Shown here: piece after piece, positions 50,599 through 59,772 of the stretch
Numbering within the stretch: the stretch's first letter is position 1
How the letters are laid out: each line of letters starts with the position of its first letter
NCBI GenBank assembly: GCA_963728915.1
Contig: CAVSLV010000002.1
Span: 256,001-320,000 of the forward strand
Source: an uncultured Gemmatimonadales bacterium
Lineage (GTDB): Bacteria; Gemmatimonadota; Gemmatimonadetes; Gemmatimonadales; GWC2-71-9
Direction: 5' to 3'
DNA length: 64,000 bases
Notes under the pieces: model-generated
Database searches by the model: none
Seen by the model: only the letters and a program-made list of their open reading frames with translations
Told to the model about the DNA's origin: nothing
Translations under genes and position numbers: made by a program

Positions 50599-52901
50599 GC
50601 CAGCCCCCGGCGCCGGCGGTAGGCCCAATCGGTTCCGAGCAGGCCGATCAGGAGGAGGAAGACGATCGGCATGTCCCACAGGTCGCGCGATTCCCGAACC
50701 GTCACCCCGCTCTCGGTGTATCCCACGTCGTCGGACAGACCGGCGGCCTGGGCCAGCGGGTAGTAGCGGCCTCCGGTTTCCCCCGCGACCCGTTCGAGCA
50801 GTTGCGTCCGGAGCTCGGGTTGCTCGACGTCGGCGCCGAAGTCGTCGACCAGCAGCGCCGATGGATCGGCGCGACTCACCCCCGGCTCTCCGCTCCGGCG
50901 GGCCTCGGCCTCGACCCGGTAAATGCCGGGATCGGTCGCGACGTATCGCCCTTCGTAAATCCCGTCGCCTCGCATGGTCCAGGTGAGAGGGACTTCGATG
51001 GTGTCACCCGCCGGCGCGACGACCCGCGCCACCACCGAGCCGTCGTTTGCATCGAGATAGCTCTGATCCACCAGCCGGGCCCGAAGCGTTGCCGGCTCTC
51101 CCGGCCCGACCCGGGTCGGCGACGCGGCCACTTCAAGCCGCTCCGGCACCCCATCCAGCGACCAGCGAATGAGCTGGCGCCAGAACGTCGAATGGGTCCG
51201 GTCCTCCACCGGAATCCGGGCATCCATGCGCCAGAGCCAGGTATCCTGGATGTCCAGCAGCGCGACCGTCCCCCGGCCGAATCGCTGCACCACGAGAAGC
51301 GGCTGGTTCGGTCCCGCTCCATTGCTGGCGGTCGGCTTGCCGGTGAGCAGCACGGTGGCGCCAGGCTTGGTCGGTCCCAGCGGGTTAACCGAGGTGATGG
51401 CCGGCATCGAGTCCCAGCGGGCGGTGGCGTCCTCGGTCGCGCCGAGCTGAAGGATCGGGTGGACCTTGCCGGCGGGGGTAATACGCGGAACCAGGTCGAC
51501 GACGACCGGATCGGTTTCATCGTTTGCGGGACGGCGGAGGGTGACCGGCAGGATTTCCTCGAGCGGGGTATCGGCATAGCCGCCTTCCGCGAGGGCCGAC
51601 CGGCCTCCCAGCACGATGAGCCCCCCTCCCCGCCGGCTCACGAAATCGGCCAGCATGCGAAGCTGATCGCCGGTGAAGAAGGACGCCTCGATGCTTCCCA
51701 GCACGATCGCGCGGTAGCGGAAGAGCTCTTCCCTTCTGGTCGGGAATCCGCTCGCCAGCTCCAGGCTGTCGTCCACTCCGAGCCGGAGGTATTTGCCCTT
51801 GGCGCTTCGGAGCAGGGCCACGAGCTGCAAGGCGCTGTCGCCGGCGACCGCGCGACGGATGAACGCCAGCTCGGGTCGGGGCTCACCCTCGACATACAGG
51901 ATCTTCTCCGGACCGGGACGAACCCGGAGCACGCTCCGGTATTCGTTGTTCTCGGTGACGATTTCGCCGGGAATCGGCCGGATCCTGAAGGTGAGCGGAT
52001 GGGAGCCGGGCGCGAGCTGGGGGAGTCGAAGCTGGACCCGGGTGATGTCTTCCTTGCCGACCGGCACGCTGCGCTGCGCGACCACCCGTCCATCGTCCTC
52101 CGCCACCAGCTCGAGCTGCTGGCCGCTCAATCCCCGAACCCGGATCGCGACTTCGGTCAGCACCCCGGCGCCGGTCAATGCGCTTGCTGGAAGCGCCACC
52201 CGCTCGATCCCGGCATCCTTCTCGAATCGCTCCTGGCCCACTCCCACGGTGTACACCGGGACCTTCCGGGCTCGCAACGAGAGGAGCGGGGCGGTCAGGT
52301 CGGCGCCGGCGTTGTCCGCCCCGTCGGACACCAGCACCAGTCCGGCCAGTGGCGCTCCGGCCAGCTCGTCCTGGGCAGCCTGGAGTGCTCCGGCCAGATC
52401 GGTCCGGGTCCCGTTGCCCTTGAGCGCCGCCGCCCCGGTCACCGCACCGGCGTCGGCCCCGAACCGGAAGAACCGCAACACGAACCGATCGCCCAATCGT
52501 CGCACTAGGGCGGCCGAATCGCCGAACGCCGCCTTCACCGCATCGAGCCGGTTCCCGCCGTTCACGTCGTTGAGCCGCATGCTCCGCGAATCGTCGAGGA
52601 GGATGCCGAGGATGTTGCGCTGGGGCACCGAGCTCGAGAGGAGCAGAACCGGACGCAGCAGGCAGCCGGCGAGGAGCAGCACCACGGCGAGCCGGATGGC
52701 CCCCAGCACCAGCCGGTCACGACCAGGCGCCGAGGTTCGAAGGCCGCGGAGCGCGATGAGCAGGACGATCACCGCGACCAGCAGCGCTCCGATGAGCAAC
52801 GGTACCGGAAGGCCGGGGGCCAAGGCCAGCACGCCCCGCCGGAACAGGTGCGGGGGGTACTTGAAGAGAAAGGCGAGCAGCGCGTCGAGGGAGTTTTGCA
52901 C
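50595..52901 (-). CDS. Membrane protein with VWA and GATase1-like domains
   Basis: N-terminal TM helices, MIDAS LDDSRSM, SDGADN, LYVEGEPR.E, GGGLIVLGG and FWRQLIRW, with C-terminal WAYRRRRGLA. Confidence 0.85.
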   Translation of the reverse strand: MQNSLDALLAFLFKYPPHLFRRGVLALAPGLPVPLLIGALLVAVIVLLIALRGLRTSAPGRDRLVLGAIRLAVVLLLAGCLLRPVLLLSSSVPQRNILGILLDDSRSMRLNDVNGGNRLDAVKAAFGDSAALVRRLGDRFVLRFFRFGADAGAVTGAAALKGNGTRTDLAGALQAAQDELAGAPLAGLVLVSDGADNAGADLTAPLLSLRARKVPVYTVGVGQERFEKDAGIERVALPASALTGAGVLTEVAIRVRGLSGQQLELVAEDDGRVVAQRSVPVGKEDITRVQLRLPQLAPGSHPLTFRIRPIPGEIVTENNEYRSVLRVRPGPEKILYVEGEPRPELAFIRRAVAGDSALQLVALLRSAKGKYLRLGVDDSLELASGFPTRREELFRYRAIVLGSIEASFFTGDQLRMLADFVSRRGGGLIVLGGRSALAEGGYADTPLEEILPVTLRRPANDETDPVVVDLVPRITPAGKVHPILQLGATEDATARWDSMPAITSVNPLGPTKPGATVLLTGKPTASNGAGPNQPLLVVQRFGRGTVALLDIQDTWLWRMDARIPVEDRTHSTFWRQLIRWSLDGVPERLEVAASPTRVGPGEPATLRARLVDQSYLDANDGSVVARVVAPAGDTIEVPLTWTMRGDGIYEGRYVATDPGIYRVEAEARRSGEPGVSRADPSALLVDDFGADVEQPELRTQLLERVAGETGGRYYPLAQAAGLSDDVGYTESGVTVRESRDLWDMPIVFLLLIGLLGTDWAYRRRRGLA

Positions 52902-52954
52902 GAACGACGGTATCTTAGGACCTCCCATTGGGAAGATACTTCCTCGGAGGAACG

Positions 52955-54073
52955 ATGCGGGAGCGGCTCGCTGCCCTGGACGCCTTTCGGGGCCTTACCA
53001 TCGCCGGGATGCTGCTCGTCAACAACCCCGGCACCTGGAGCGCGATCTACCCCCCGCTCGAGCACGCCCCCTGGCACGGCTGGACTCCGACCGACCTCAT
53101 CTTCCCCTTTTTCGTGTTCATCGTGGGGATCACCACCCACCTGTCGCTGGAGAGTGCCGAACGCCGGGGACTTGCACCCTCCACCGTGCGCCTCCGCATC
53201 CTGAAGCGCGGGATGCTCATCATCCTCCTTGGTTTGATGCTCCAGTCGTTCCCCTGGTTTCCCCTGTCCCGGATTACCGAGGTTCGTTTTCCCGGGGTGC
53301 TCCAGCGGATCGGTCTCTGCTACCTGGCGACAGGCTTTTTCGCCCGGGGGCGGTCGTCCCGGACGGTGGTCGGGCTGGTGCTCCTGCTGCTCTTCGGATA
53401 CTGGGGGCTCCAGACCCTGGTGGCGCCCCCTGGAGTCCTCCACCCGACCATCGACGTCCCCGGCGACACCTTGTCGGCGTGGATCGACCGGACCGTCTTC
53501 GGGGGCCATCTCTGGCGCGAATCGCGAACCTGGGATCCGGAGGGAATCCTCTCGACCCTGCCGGCCATCGGCACCTGTCTTCTGGGGTTACTGACTGGGC
53601 GCTGGCTGAGCCGGACCCTGCCCCTCGCCGAGCGGCTGAACGGACTTTTTTCGGCCGGAGCGATCGGGATGTCGGCGGGGCTCGTCTGGAACTGGTTCTT
53701 CCCGATCAACAAGAATCTGTGGACCAGCTCCTACGTGGTCTTCACCGCCGGGATGGCGGCAGTGATTCTCGGGGTATGCCTGTGGGTGATGGACGTGAAG
53801 GGATGGCGTCGCGGGACCGGCCTGCTGGTGACCTACGGCCTCAATCCGCTGACCGCTTTCCTCGGCTCGGGGGCCATGGCCCGTATCCTCGGCATGATTC
53901 AGGTCTCCTACGGGGGGGAGGCCGTCTCGCTCCAGCAGGCGATCTATCGGGCGGGGTTCGCGTCCTGGCTCACCCCGCGCAACGCGTCGCTCGGCTATGC
54001 GATCGGGTTCGTCCTGCTGTGGTACGCGATCCTGCGGGTTATGGAGCGCCGGGGACTGGTCTGGCGCGTGTAA
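52955..54073 (+). CDS. Heparan-alpha-glucosaminide N-acetyltransferase-like membrane protein (NagX/DUF5009)
   Basis: [49 protein letters not shown] and [11 protein letters not shown]. Confidence 0.92.
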   Translation: MRERLAALDAFRGLTIAGMLLVNNPGTWSAIYPPLEHAPWHGWTPTDLIFPFFVFIVGITTHLSLESAERRGLAPSTVRLRILKRGMLIILLGLMLQSFPWFPLSRITEVRFPGVLQRIGLCYLATGFFARGRSSRTVVGLVLLLLFGYWGLQTLVAPPGVLHPTIDVPGDTLSAWIDRTVFGGHLWRESRTWDPEGILSTLPAIGTCLLGLLTGRWLSRTLPLAERLNGLFSAGAIGMSAGLVWNWFFPINKNLWTSSYVVFTAGMAAVILGVCLWVMDVKGWRRGTGLLVTYGLNPLTAFLGSGAMARILGMIQVSYGGEAVSLQQAIYRAGFASWLTPRNASLGYAIGFVLLWYAILRVMERRGLVWRV

Positions 54074-54089
54074 TCGGGGTCAGGCCCGA

Positions 54090-54656
54090 TCAGTCCTTGG
54101 CGCGATCGATGTACTCACCGGTGGTCGGGTTGACCCGGACCCGCTCGCCGTTCTGGATGAATTCCGGCACGTTGATGGTGACGCCGTTGCTGAGGGTCGC
54201 CGGTTTGGTGGAGGCCGTCTTGGTGGCGGTCTTCATCACCGGAGTCGTCTCGGTCACTTCGAAGGTCAATGCACTGGGGAGCTGGATTCCGATTGGCCGT
54301 CCCTCGTACCACTCCGCCAGAATCCGCATCCCTTCGGTCATCCACTTCGCGGCATCGCCCAGAGTTTCTTCCTCGATCTCGATCTGGTCGTAATTCTCCG
54401 CATTCATGAAGTGGTAGGTGGTGCCCGCCTTGTACATGAAATCCAGCTCGTGGGTCTCGAGCTCGGCCACATCGACCGTATCGGTCGAGCGGAAGCGGTG
54501 CTCGATCTGGGTCCCGGTCTTGAGCCGGCGCAGCTTGGCTTGCACCATGGCCCGGAGGTTCCCCGGGGTGTGGTGATGGAAGTCGAGGACCCGGCAGGGT
54601 TCCCCGTTGAAGATGATCGCCATGCCCCGGCGGATGTCGCTGGCAATGATTCCCAT
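54090..54656 (-). CDS. efp: Elongation factor P
   Basis: 188 aa with ASDIRRG, HHTPGNLRAMVQAKLR, FMNAENYDQ and KPATLSNG..I.VPEFI..GE...V. Confidence 0.93.
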   Translation of the reverse strand: MGIIASDIRRGMAIIFNGEPCRVLDFHHHTPGNLRAMVQAKLRRLKTGTQIEHRFRSTDTVDVAELETHELDFMYKAGTTYHFMNAENYDQIEIEEETLGDAAKWMTEGMRILAEWYEGRPIGIQLPSALTFEVTETTPVMKTATKTASTKPATLSNGVTINVPEFIQNGERVRVNPTTGEYIDRAKD

Positions 54657-54860
54657 GGTTTCCGATCCCGTAAATACAGGCAGCCATTAAAGATAGGTCC
54701 ATGGAGCCCGGGATTCAACTGATCGATTCAGGCCCCCGTCAAAACCCGGCCTCGAATCCCGCCGGCGCGCAGAACTTTCCAGTCCCAGAGACCGCAACGC
54801 TTGGTTGGTTTGCGGCATCCAATTCGGTTACGAACCACAACCGGTACTCCTGAGGTGGCA

Positions 54861-57608
54861 ATGCGGTGTACGGCAGTCTCTCTCATCCCCGTGGTGTTGA
54901 TCGCCGCCGCCAGCCGGTTGGAGGCTCAGGCCCCGGGCAGCGAAGGGCACGGCTCCGCTGCTGCTCACTCCTCCATCACTCACCCCATTCCGTCACCCTC
55001 GGTGCGGGCCCTCCGGCGGGACGCGGCGATCACCCTCGATGGGAATCTCGACGAGCCGAGCTGGAAAGAGGCCGAGGTGGCCACGGATTTCCGGCAGGCT
55101 CAGCCCAACCCGGGAGAGCCCGCGACCCAGCGCACCGAGATCCGGATTCTCTACGATGACGAGGCCCTGTATCTCGGGGCCCGGATGTTCGACGATCACG
55201 GGGCCAGGGGGGTCAGGACCCAACTGGTTCGGCGGGACGGCCAGGCGTCGAACAGCGATCAGATTCAGTTCGTGTTCGATACCTATCACAACCACATAGG
55301 CCGGACTCTGTTCACCGCGAACCCGTCCGGTGTCAAGTTCGACGCGGGCCAGGCCACCGAATACGGCGACCCGGCGTGGGATCCGGTCTGGGAGGTCAAG
55401 ACCCGGATCGACTCGCTCGGATGGACCGCGGAAATCCGGATTCCGTTTTCTCAGCTCCGGTTCTCCCGCGATTCGGTCCAGGTCTGGGGGATGGAGGTGT
55501 GGCGGACCGAGGCGCGTCTCAATGAGGTCTCCATGTGGTCCTACTGGGGACCCAGTGAGGCGGGAGGGCCCTCGCGGTTCGGCCACCTTACCGAGCTGGC
55601 GCCCGGACGCGGCGCCAACCGGCGACTCGAGCTGCTGCCCTACACCGTGGGACGATACCAGCGGCTCCAGCCCGGCGATCCGGCGGATCCGTTCTATCAT
55701 CAGCGCAAGGTGGATGGACGGTTCGGGGCGGATCTCAAGTATCTGCTGACCTCCAACCTCACCCTCGACGCGACCATCAACCCCGATTTCGGCCAGGTCG
55801 AGGTGGACCCCGCCGTGGTGAATCTGTCGGCATTCGAGACCTACTTCGAGGAGAAGCGGCCCTTCTTCATCGAGGGAAGCGGCACGTTCGGTTTCGGAGG
55901 ATTCAGCTGCTTCTTCTGCAGCAACGTCTCCTCCCTGTCGCTCTTCTACAGCCGGCGAATCGGCCGGAGTCCGCAGGGCGTGCTGCCCTCCGACGCCACC
56001 TACTCCTCGATCCCCGATGCGACCTCGATCCTCGGCGCCGCGAAAATCACGGGCCGGAGCCGCGGCGGGCTCACCCTGGGGTTGCTCAATGCGGTCACCG
56101 GCCGGGAGCAGGCCACCGCCCTGGTGGACGGGGACCAGATCAAGCAGGAGGTGGAGCCGCTCACCAATTATTTCGTCGGCCGGGTGAAGCAGGACTTGCG
56201 GGGCGGCAACTTGGTGCTTGGGGGAATGGTCACCTCGGTGGCGCGCTCGATGGACGATCCTCTGCTGATCGGGCGGCTCAACCGGCACTCCGAAGCGGTC
56301 GGGGTGGACTGGGCGGCCCGGTGGAAGAACCGGACCTGGTCCCTGGTCGGCAATTTCGCCTTCACCAACAACGTGGGCGACTCCGCCGCGATTCTCCGGC
56401 TCCAGACCTCGAGCGCCCGCTACTTCCAGCGGCCCGACCGGGAGGCCCACGGCAACGGGTTCCTCACCAACGGGTACGATCCGGGGCTGACCAGCTTTCG
56501 CGGGTTAGGCGGCTACACCCGCTTCGCCAAGGACGCCGGCAAGGTCCTCTTCGAATCCACGGTCAACTGGCGGAGTCCCGGCTTCGAGGCCAACGACGTC
56601 GCCTTCAATACCAGGGCGGACTATCTCTGGGGCAACACCAACGTCGCCCTCTCGCTGACCAAGCCGACCAGGTGGTACCAGAACTGGTTCCTGGTGACCG
56701 GCACTCAGGGCGCCATCAATGCCGATGGAGACCGGACCGACTCACAGTTCCACGGCGGCGCCTTCGGCACCCTCCGCAACTACTGGAACGTGAACGCCTT
56801 CGTGATCTACCGGCCCAGCGTGTTCGACGACCGGCTCACCCGGGGCGGGCCGGTGGTCAAGCGGCCCGCCAGCATGTTCTACGAGCTCAGCGTGAGCACC
56901 GATGGCCGCAAGCGGGTCCAGCTGGGTCTCAGTTCCAACTACTTCCGTTCCTCCGAGGGGTACGACGACAAGACCCTCTCCGCCCAGGTCCAGCTCCGGG
57001 TGGCGTCCAACGTCACGGTGTCGCTCTCACCGTTCTTCGACCACACCAGAAGCAACCGGCAGTACGTCGATACCTTCACCGATCCCACCGCGACGGCCTT
57101 CTTCGGTTCCCGCTATCTCTTTGCCGGGATCGACCAGAAGACCGCGAGCCTCGATACCCGGATGAGCCTGACCTTCAGCCCGACGCTGAGCTTCGAGCTC
57201 TACGCCCAACCCTTCATTTCGAGCGCCCACTACAGCCGCTTCAAGGAAGTCGCGGCCCCCCGAAGTCTCGATGTGGTGGTCTATGGCGAGGACGCCGGCA
57301 CCGTGACGACCGACCTGGACGGCAACGGCCGGGTCAGCACCTATCACATCGATCCGGATGGGGGTGGCCCGGCGCCGGAAATGGTGGTCTCCAATCCCGA
57401 CTTCAACCTGCGCTCGCTCCGCGGCAATGCGGTGCTCCGGTGGGAGTACCGGCCCGGGTCCACCTTGTTCCTGGTCTGGACCCGGACCGGCAGCGATTTC
57501 GTCAACGGAATCGGGGATCTTCGATTCTCGCGGGACGTGGACGCCCTCTTTTCAGCGAAGGCGGACAACATCTTCCTGGTCAAGCTGAACTACTGGATCA
57601 ACAGATAG
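54861..57608 (+). CDS. CBM9-like plus DUF5916 outer-membrane protein
   Basis: ITLDGNLDEPSW, GWTAEIRIPFSQLRF, NPDFGQVEVD, FEEKRPFF and C-terminal FLVKLNYW. Confidence 0.88.
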   Translation: MRCTAVSLIPVVLIAAASRLEAQAPGSEGHGSAAAHSSITHPIPSPSVRALRRDAAITLDGNLDEPSWKEAEVATDFRQAQPNPGEPATQRTEIRILYDDEALYLGARMFDDHGARGVRTQLVRRDGQASNSDQIQFVFDTYHNHIGRTLFTANPSGVKFDAGQATEYGDPAWDPVWEVKTRIDSLGWTAEIRIPFSQLRFSRDSVQVWGMEVWRTEARLNEVSMWSYWGPSEAGGPSRFGHLTELAPGRGANRRLELLPYTVGRYQRLQPGDPADPFYHQRKVDGRFGADLKYLLTSNLTLDATINPDFGQVEVDPAVVNLSAFETYFEEKRPFFIEGSGTFGFGGFSCFFCSNVSSLSLFYSRRIGRSPQGVLPSDATYSSIPDATSILGAAKITGRSRGGLTLGLLNAVTGREQATALVDGDQIKQEVEPLTNYFVGRVKQDLRGGNLVLGGMVTSVARSMDDPLLIGRLNRHSEAVGVDWAARWKNRTWSLVGNFAFTNNVGDSAAILRLQTSSARYFQRPDREAHGNGFLTNGYDPGLTSFRGLGGYTRFAKDAGKVLFESTVNWRSPGFEANDVAFNTRADYLWGNTNVALSLTKPTRWYQNWFLVTGTQGAINADGDRTDSQFHGGAFGTLRNYWNVNAFVIYRPSVFDDRLTRGGPVVKRPASMFYELSVSTDGRKRVQLGLSSNYFRSSEGYDDKTLSAQVQLRVASNVTVSLSPFFDHTRSNRQYVDTFTDPTATAFFGSRYLFAGIDQKTASLDTRMSLTFSPTLSFELYAQPFISSAHYSRFKEVAAPRSLDVVVYGEDAGTVTTDLDGNGRVSTYHIDPDGGGPAPEMVVSNPDFNLRSLRGNAVLRWEYRPGSTLFLVWTRTGSDFVNGIGDLRFSRDVDALFSAKADNIFLVKLNYWINR

Positions 57609-57731
57609 GAGGATGGGAGGCTAGGAGGAATAGCCTCCGTGCCCGAAATTGCACTGCGGCGCCCGGGGCGAGTTTTTCGAATTCCCGGCCCGCGGGCTAT
57701 GTTTGGCGACCCCTCAGCAAGATCGTGTTTC

Positions 57732-59759
57732 GTGGCGACGACCCGGCTTTGCCCATCCTGCAACACCCCGCTGCCTGAGCAGGCGACGGTCTGCTATGTC
57801 TGCGGATCGGCCACCCCCCCCGCCATCGACAAGGAAACGGGGGAAATGCTCATTCCGGAGGGCCTGGTCCATCCCGGCGCCGCCACCGAGAGCCTGGTCG
57901 CCAAGCTCAAGCCGGCGCTGGGTAATCATTACGAGCTCGGGCATCTCATCGGGAGGGGTGGGTTCGCCGAGGTATTCCAGGTTCGCGATGTCTGGCTCAA
58001 GCGGGACCTCGCGCTCAAAGCCCTCCGGCCCGACCTCGGGGTCTCCGAAACCATCCTGGCCCGGTTCCGCCGGGAAGCGGAGGCGGTCGCCGCGCTCCGC
58101 CACCCGAACATCGTGCCGATCTACGACATCGGCGAAGCCGACGGCATCATGTACATCCTGATGCCGCTCATCAAGGGCGAGAGCCTCAAATCCCTGCTCG
58201 CCCGGGATGGGCGTCGGCCGATCACCGAGGCCCGCCGCATCATGCTCGAGGCGGCGGCGGCGCTCGGCGCGGCGCACGAGGCCGGCCTGATCCACCGGGA
58301 CATCAAGCCCGAGAACATCATGCTGGAGGGCAAGGCCCGCCGGGTACTGGTCATGGACTTCGGTATCGCCAAGGTGATGGACGCCGCGGGCGACAGCACG
58401 CTCACCTCGACCGGCACCATCGTCGGGACTCCGCACTACATGAGTCCCGAACAGGCAAGCGGGGATCCCCGCATCGATGCCCGCACCGACCAGTACTCCC
58501 TCGCCGTGGTCGGCTACCACATGCTCACCGGGGCGGTCCCCTTCGAAGGGGAGAGTACCCGCCAGGTGCTCTTCAAGCAGATGATGGAGTCACCGCGCTC
58601 GATGCGGGAGCTGGTTCCCGAGGTCCCCCAGGCCCTGATGGAAGCGGTTTCCCGCGCCATGGCGAAGGAAGCCGCCGAGCGATTCCCCTCGATGGAGTCC
58701 TTCGCGGAAACCATCGAACAGACCATCATGGAGGAAACCCGGGCCGCGGCGCTCGCGACGGTGCCTCCTCGCAAGCGATCCCGGGCGACCTGGATGGCGG
58801 CGGGCGCGGGGTTGCTGGTCGTTGCCGCGGTGGCGGCGGCCCTGATCAAACGCGGACCCCAGGCGGAGGTTCGTCAGACCGACAGCGCCGCCGTCGCCGT
58901 CGACACGACCCGGCACGCGGATTCGCTGGCGCCTTCGGGCCAGAACCCATCGGGGACCGAGGTGGCGGCCATCGTCCCTCCCCCGGCGCCGACAGCCGCG
59001 ACCTCCTCCAATTCGAAGAAGACCCCGACCCCCGATCCCAAGCGCGCCGGTCCATCTCCCGTGGCGCCGCCGCCGGCTCCTCCCAGCGCCCCGGGAGCGG
59101 CGACCTGCGCGAAGGCCGCCGCCAGCGACGATCGCGATCTGGCGTTCCGGGTCTGCACCCAGGAGGCCCAGCGGGGAAGCCCGGTTTCTGAACGTCTTCT
59201 CGCCGGACTCTACGATCAGAGCCAGGTGCCCGGGCACGACACCGAGGCGGCGAGCTGGTATCGCAAAGCGGCCGAGGCGGGAGACCTGCCGTCCCAGCTC
59301 CGCTATGGACAGCTCCTGAGCCTCGGCAAGGGAGTGGCCAAGAACGAGCTCGAGGCCACCGAGCGGATCCGCCAGGCCGCCGAAGCCGACTATCAACCCG
59401 CCTGGATGGTCCTGGCCGACCGGTTCGAGAAGGGACTGGGGACCCGCAAGAGCGACAAGGATGCGGCGTACTGGACCCGGAAGGCCGCTGAAAAGGGCGA
59501 GGTGCTCGCCCAGGCCAAGCTGGGCGACATGTATCTCCGCGGCAAGGGCGTCGACAAGGACGAAACGGAAGCGCTTCGCTGGTTCCGTCTCGCGGCCGAC
59601 CAGGGCAACGTCGACGCCGAGTACGAGCTCGGCATGGCCTACCTGCGGGGCCGCGGCGGCGTGGCCAAGTCGGATTCTGCGGGTTATGCCTGGCTCGCCA
59701 AGGCAGCGGAGAAAGGGCACCCCGAAGCACAGCGAGAGATGCAGCGACGCAAGCCCTGA
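57732..59759 (+). CDS. Zn-ribbon, Ser/Thr kinase, TM helix and SEL1-like repeat protein
   Basis: CPSC..CYVC, GRGGFAEVF, HRDIKPEN, DFG, MSPEQ and SEL1 repeats (WYRKAAEAG, WFRLAADQG). Confidence 0.93.
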   Translation: MATTRLCPSCNTPLPEQATVCYVCGSATPPAIDKETGEMLIPEGLVHPGAATESLVAKLKPALGNHYELGHLIGRGGFAEVFQVRDVWLKRDLALKALRPDLGVSETILARFRREAEAVAALRHPNIVPIYDIGEADGIMYILMPLIKGESLKSLLARDGRRPITEARRIMLEAAAALGAAHEAGLIHRDIKPENIMLEGKARRVLVMDFGIAKVMDAAGDSTLTSTGTIVGTPHYMSPEQASGDPRIDARTDQYSLAVVGYHMLTGAVPFEGESTRQVLFKQMMESPRSMRELVPEVPQALMEAVSRAMAKEAAERFPSMESFAETIEQTIMEETRAAALATVPPRKRSRATWMAAGAGLLVVAAVAAALIKRGPQAEVRQTDSAAVAVDTTRHADSLAPSGQNPSGTEVAAIVPPPAPTAATSSNSKKTPTPDPKRAGPSPVAPPPAPPSAPGAATCAKAAASDDRDLAFRVCTQEAQRGSPVSERLLAGLYDQSQVPGHDTEAASWYRKAAEAGDLPSQLRYGQLLSLGKGVAKNELEATERIRQAAEADYQPAWMVLADRFEKGLGTRKSDKDAAYWTRKAAEKGEVLAQAKLGDMYLRGKGVDKDETEALRWFRLAADQGNVDAEYELGMAYLRGRGGVAKSDSAGYAWLAKAAEKGHPEAQREMQRRKP

Positions 59760-59772
59760 TGGGGCGGCTGGC

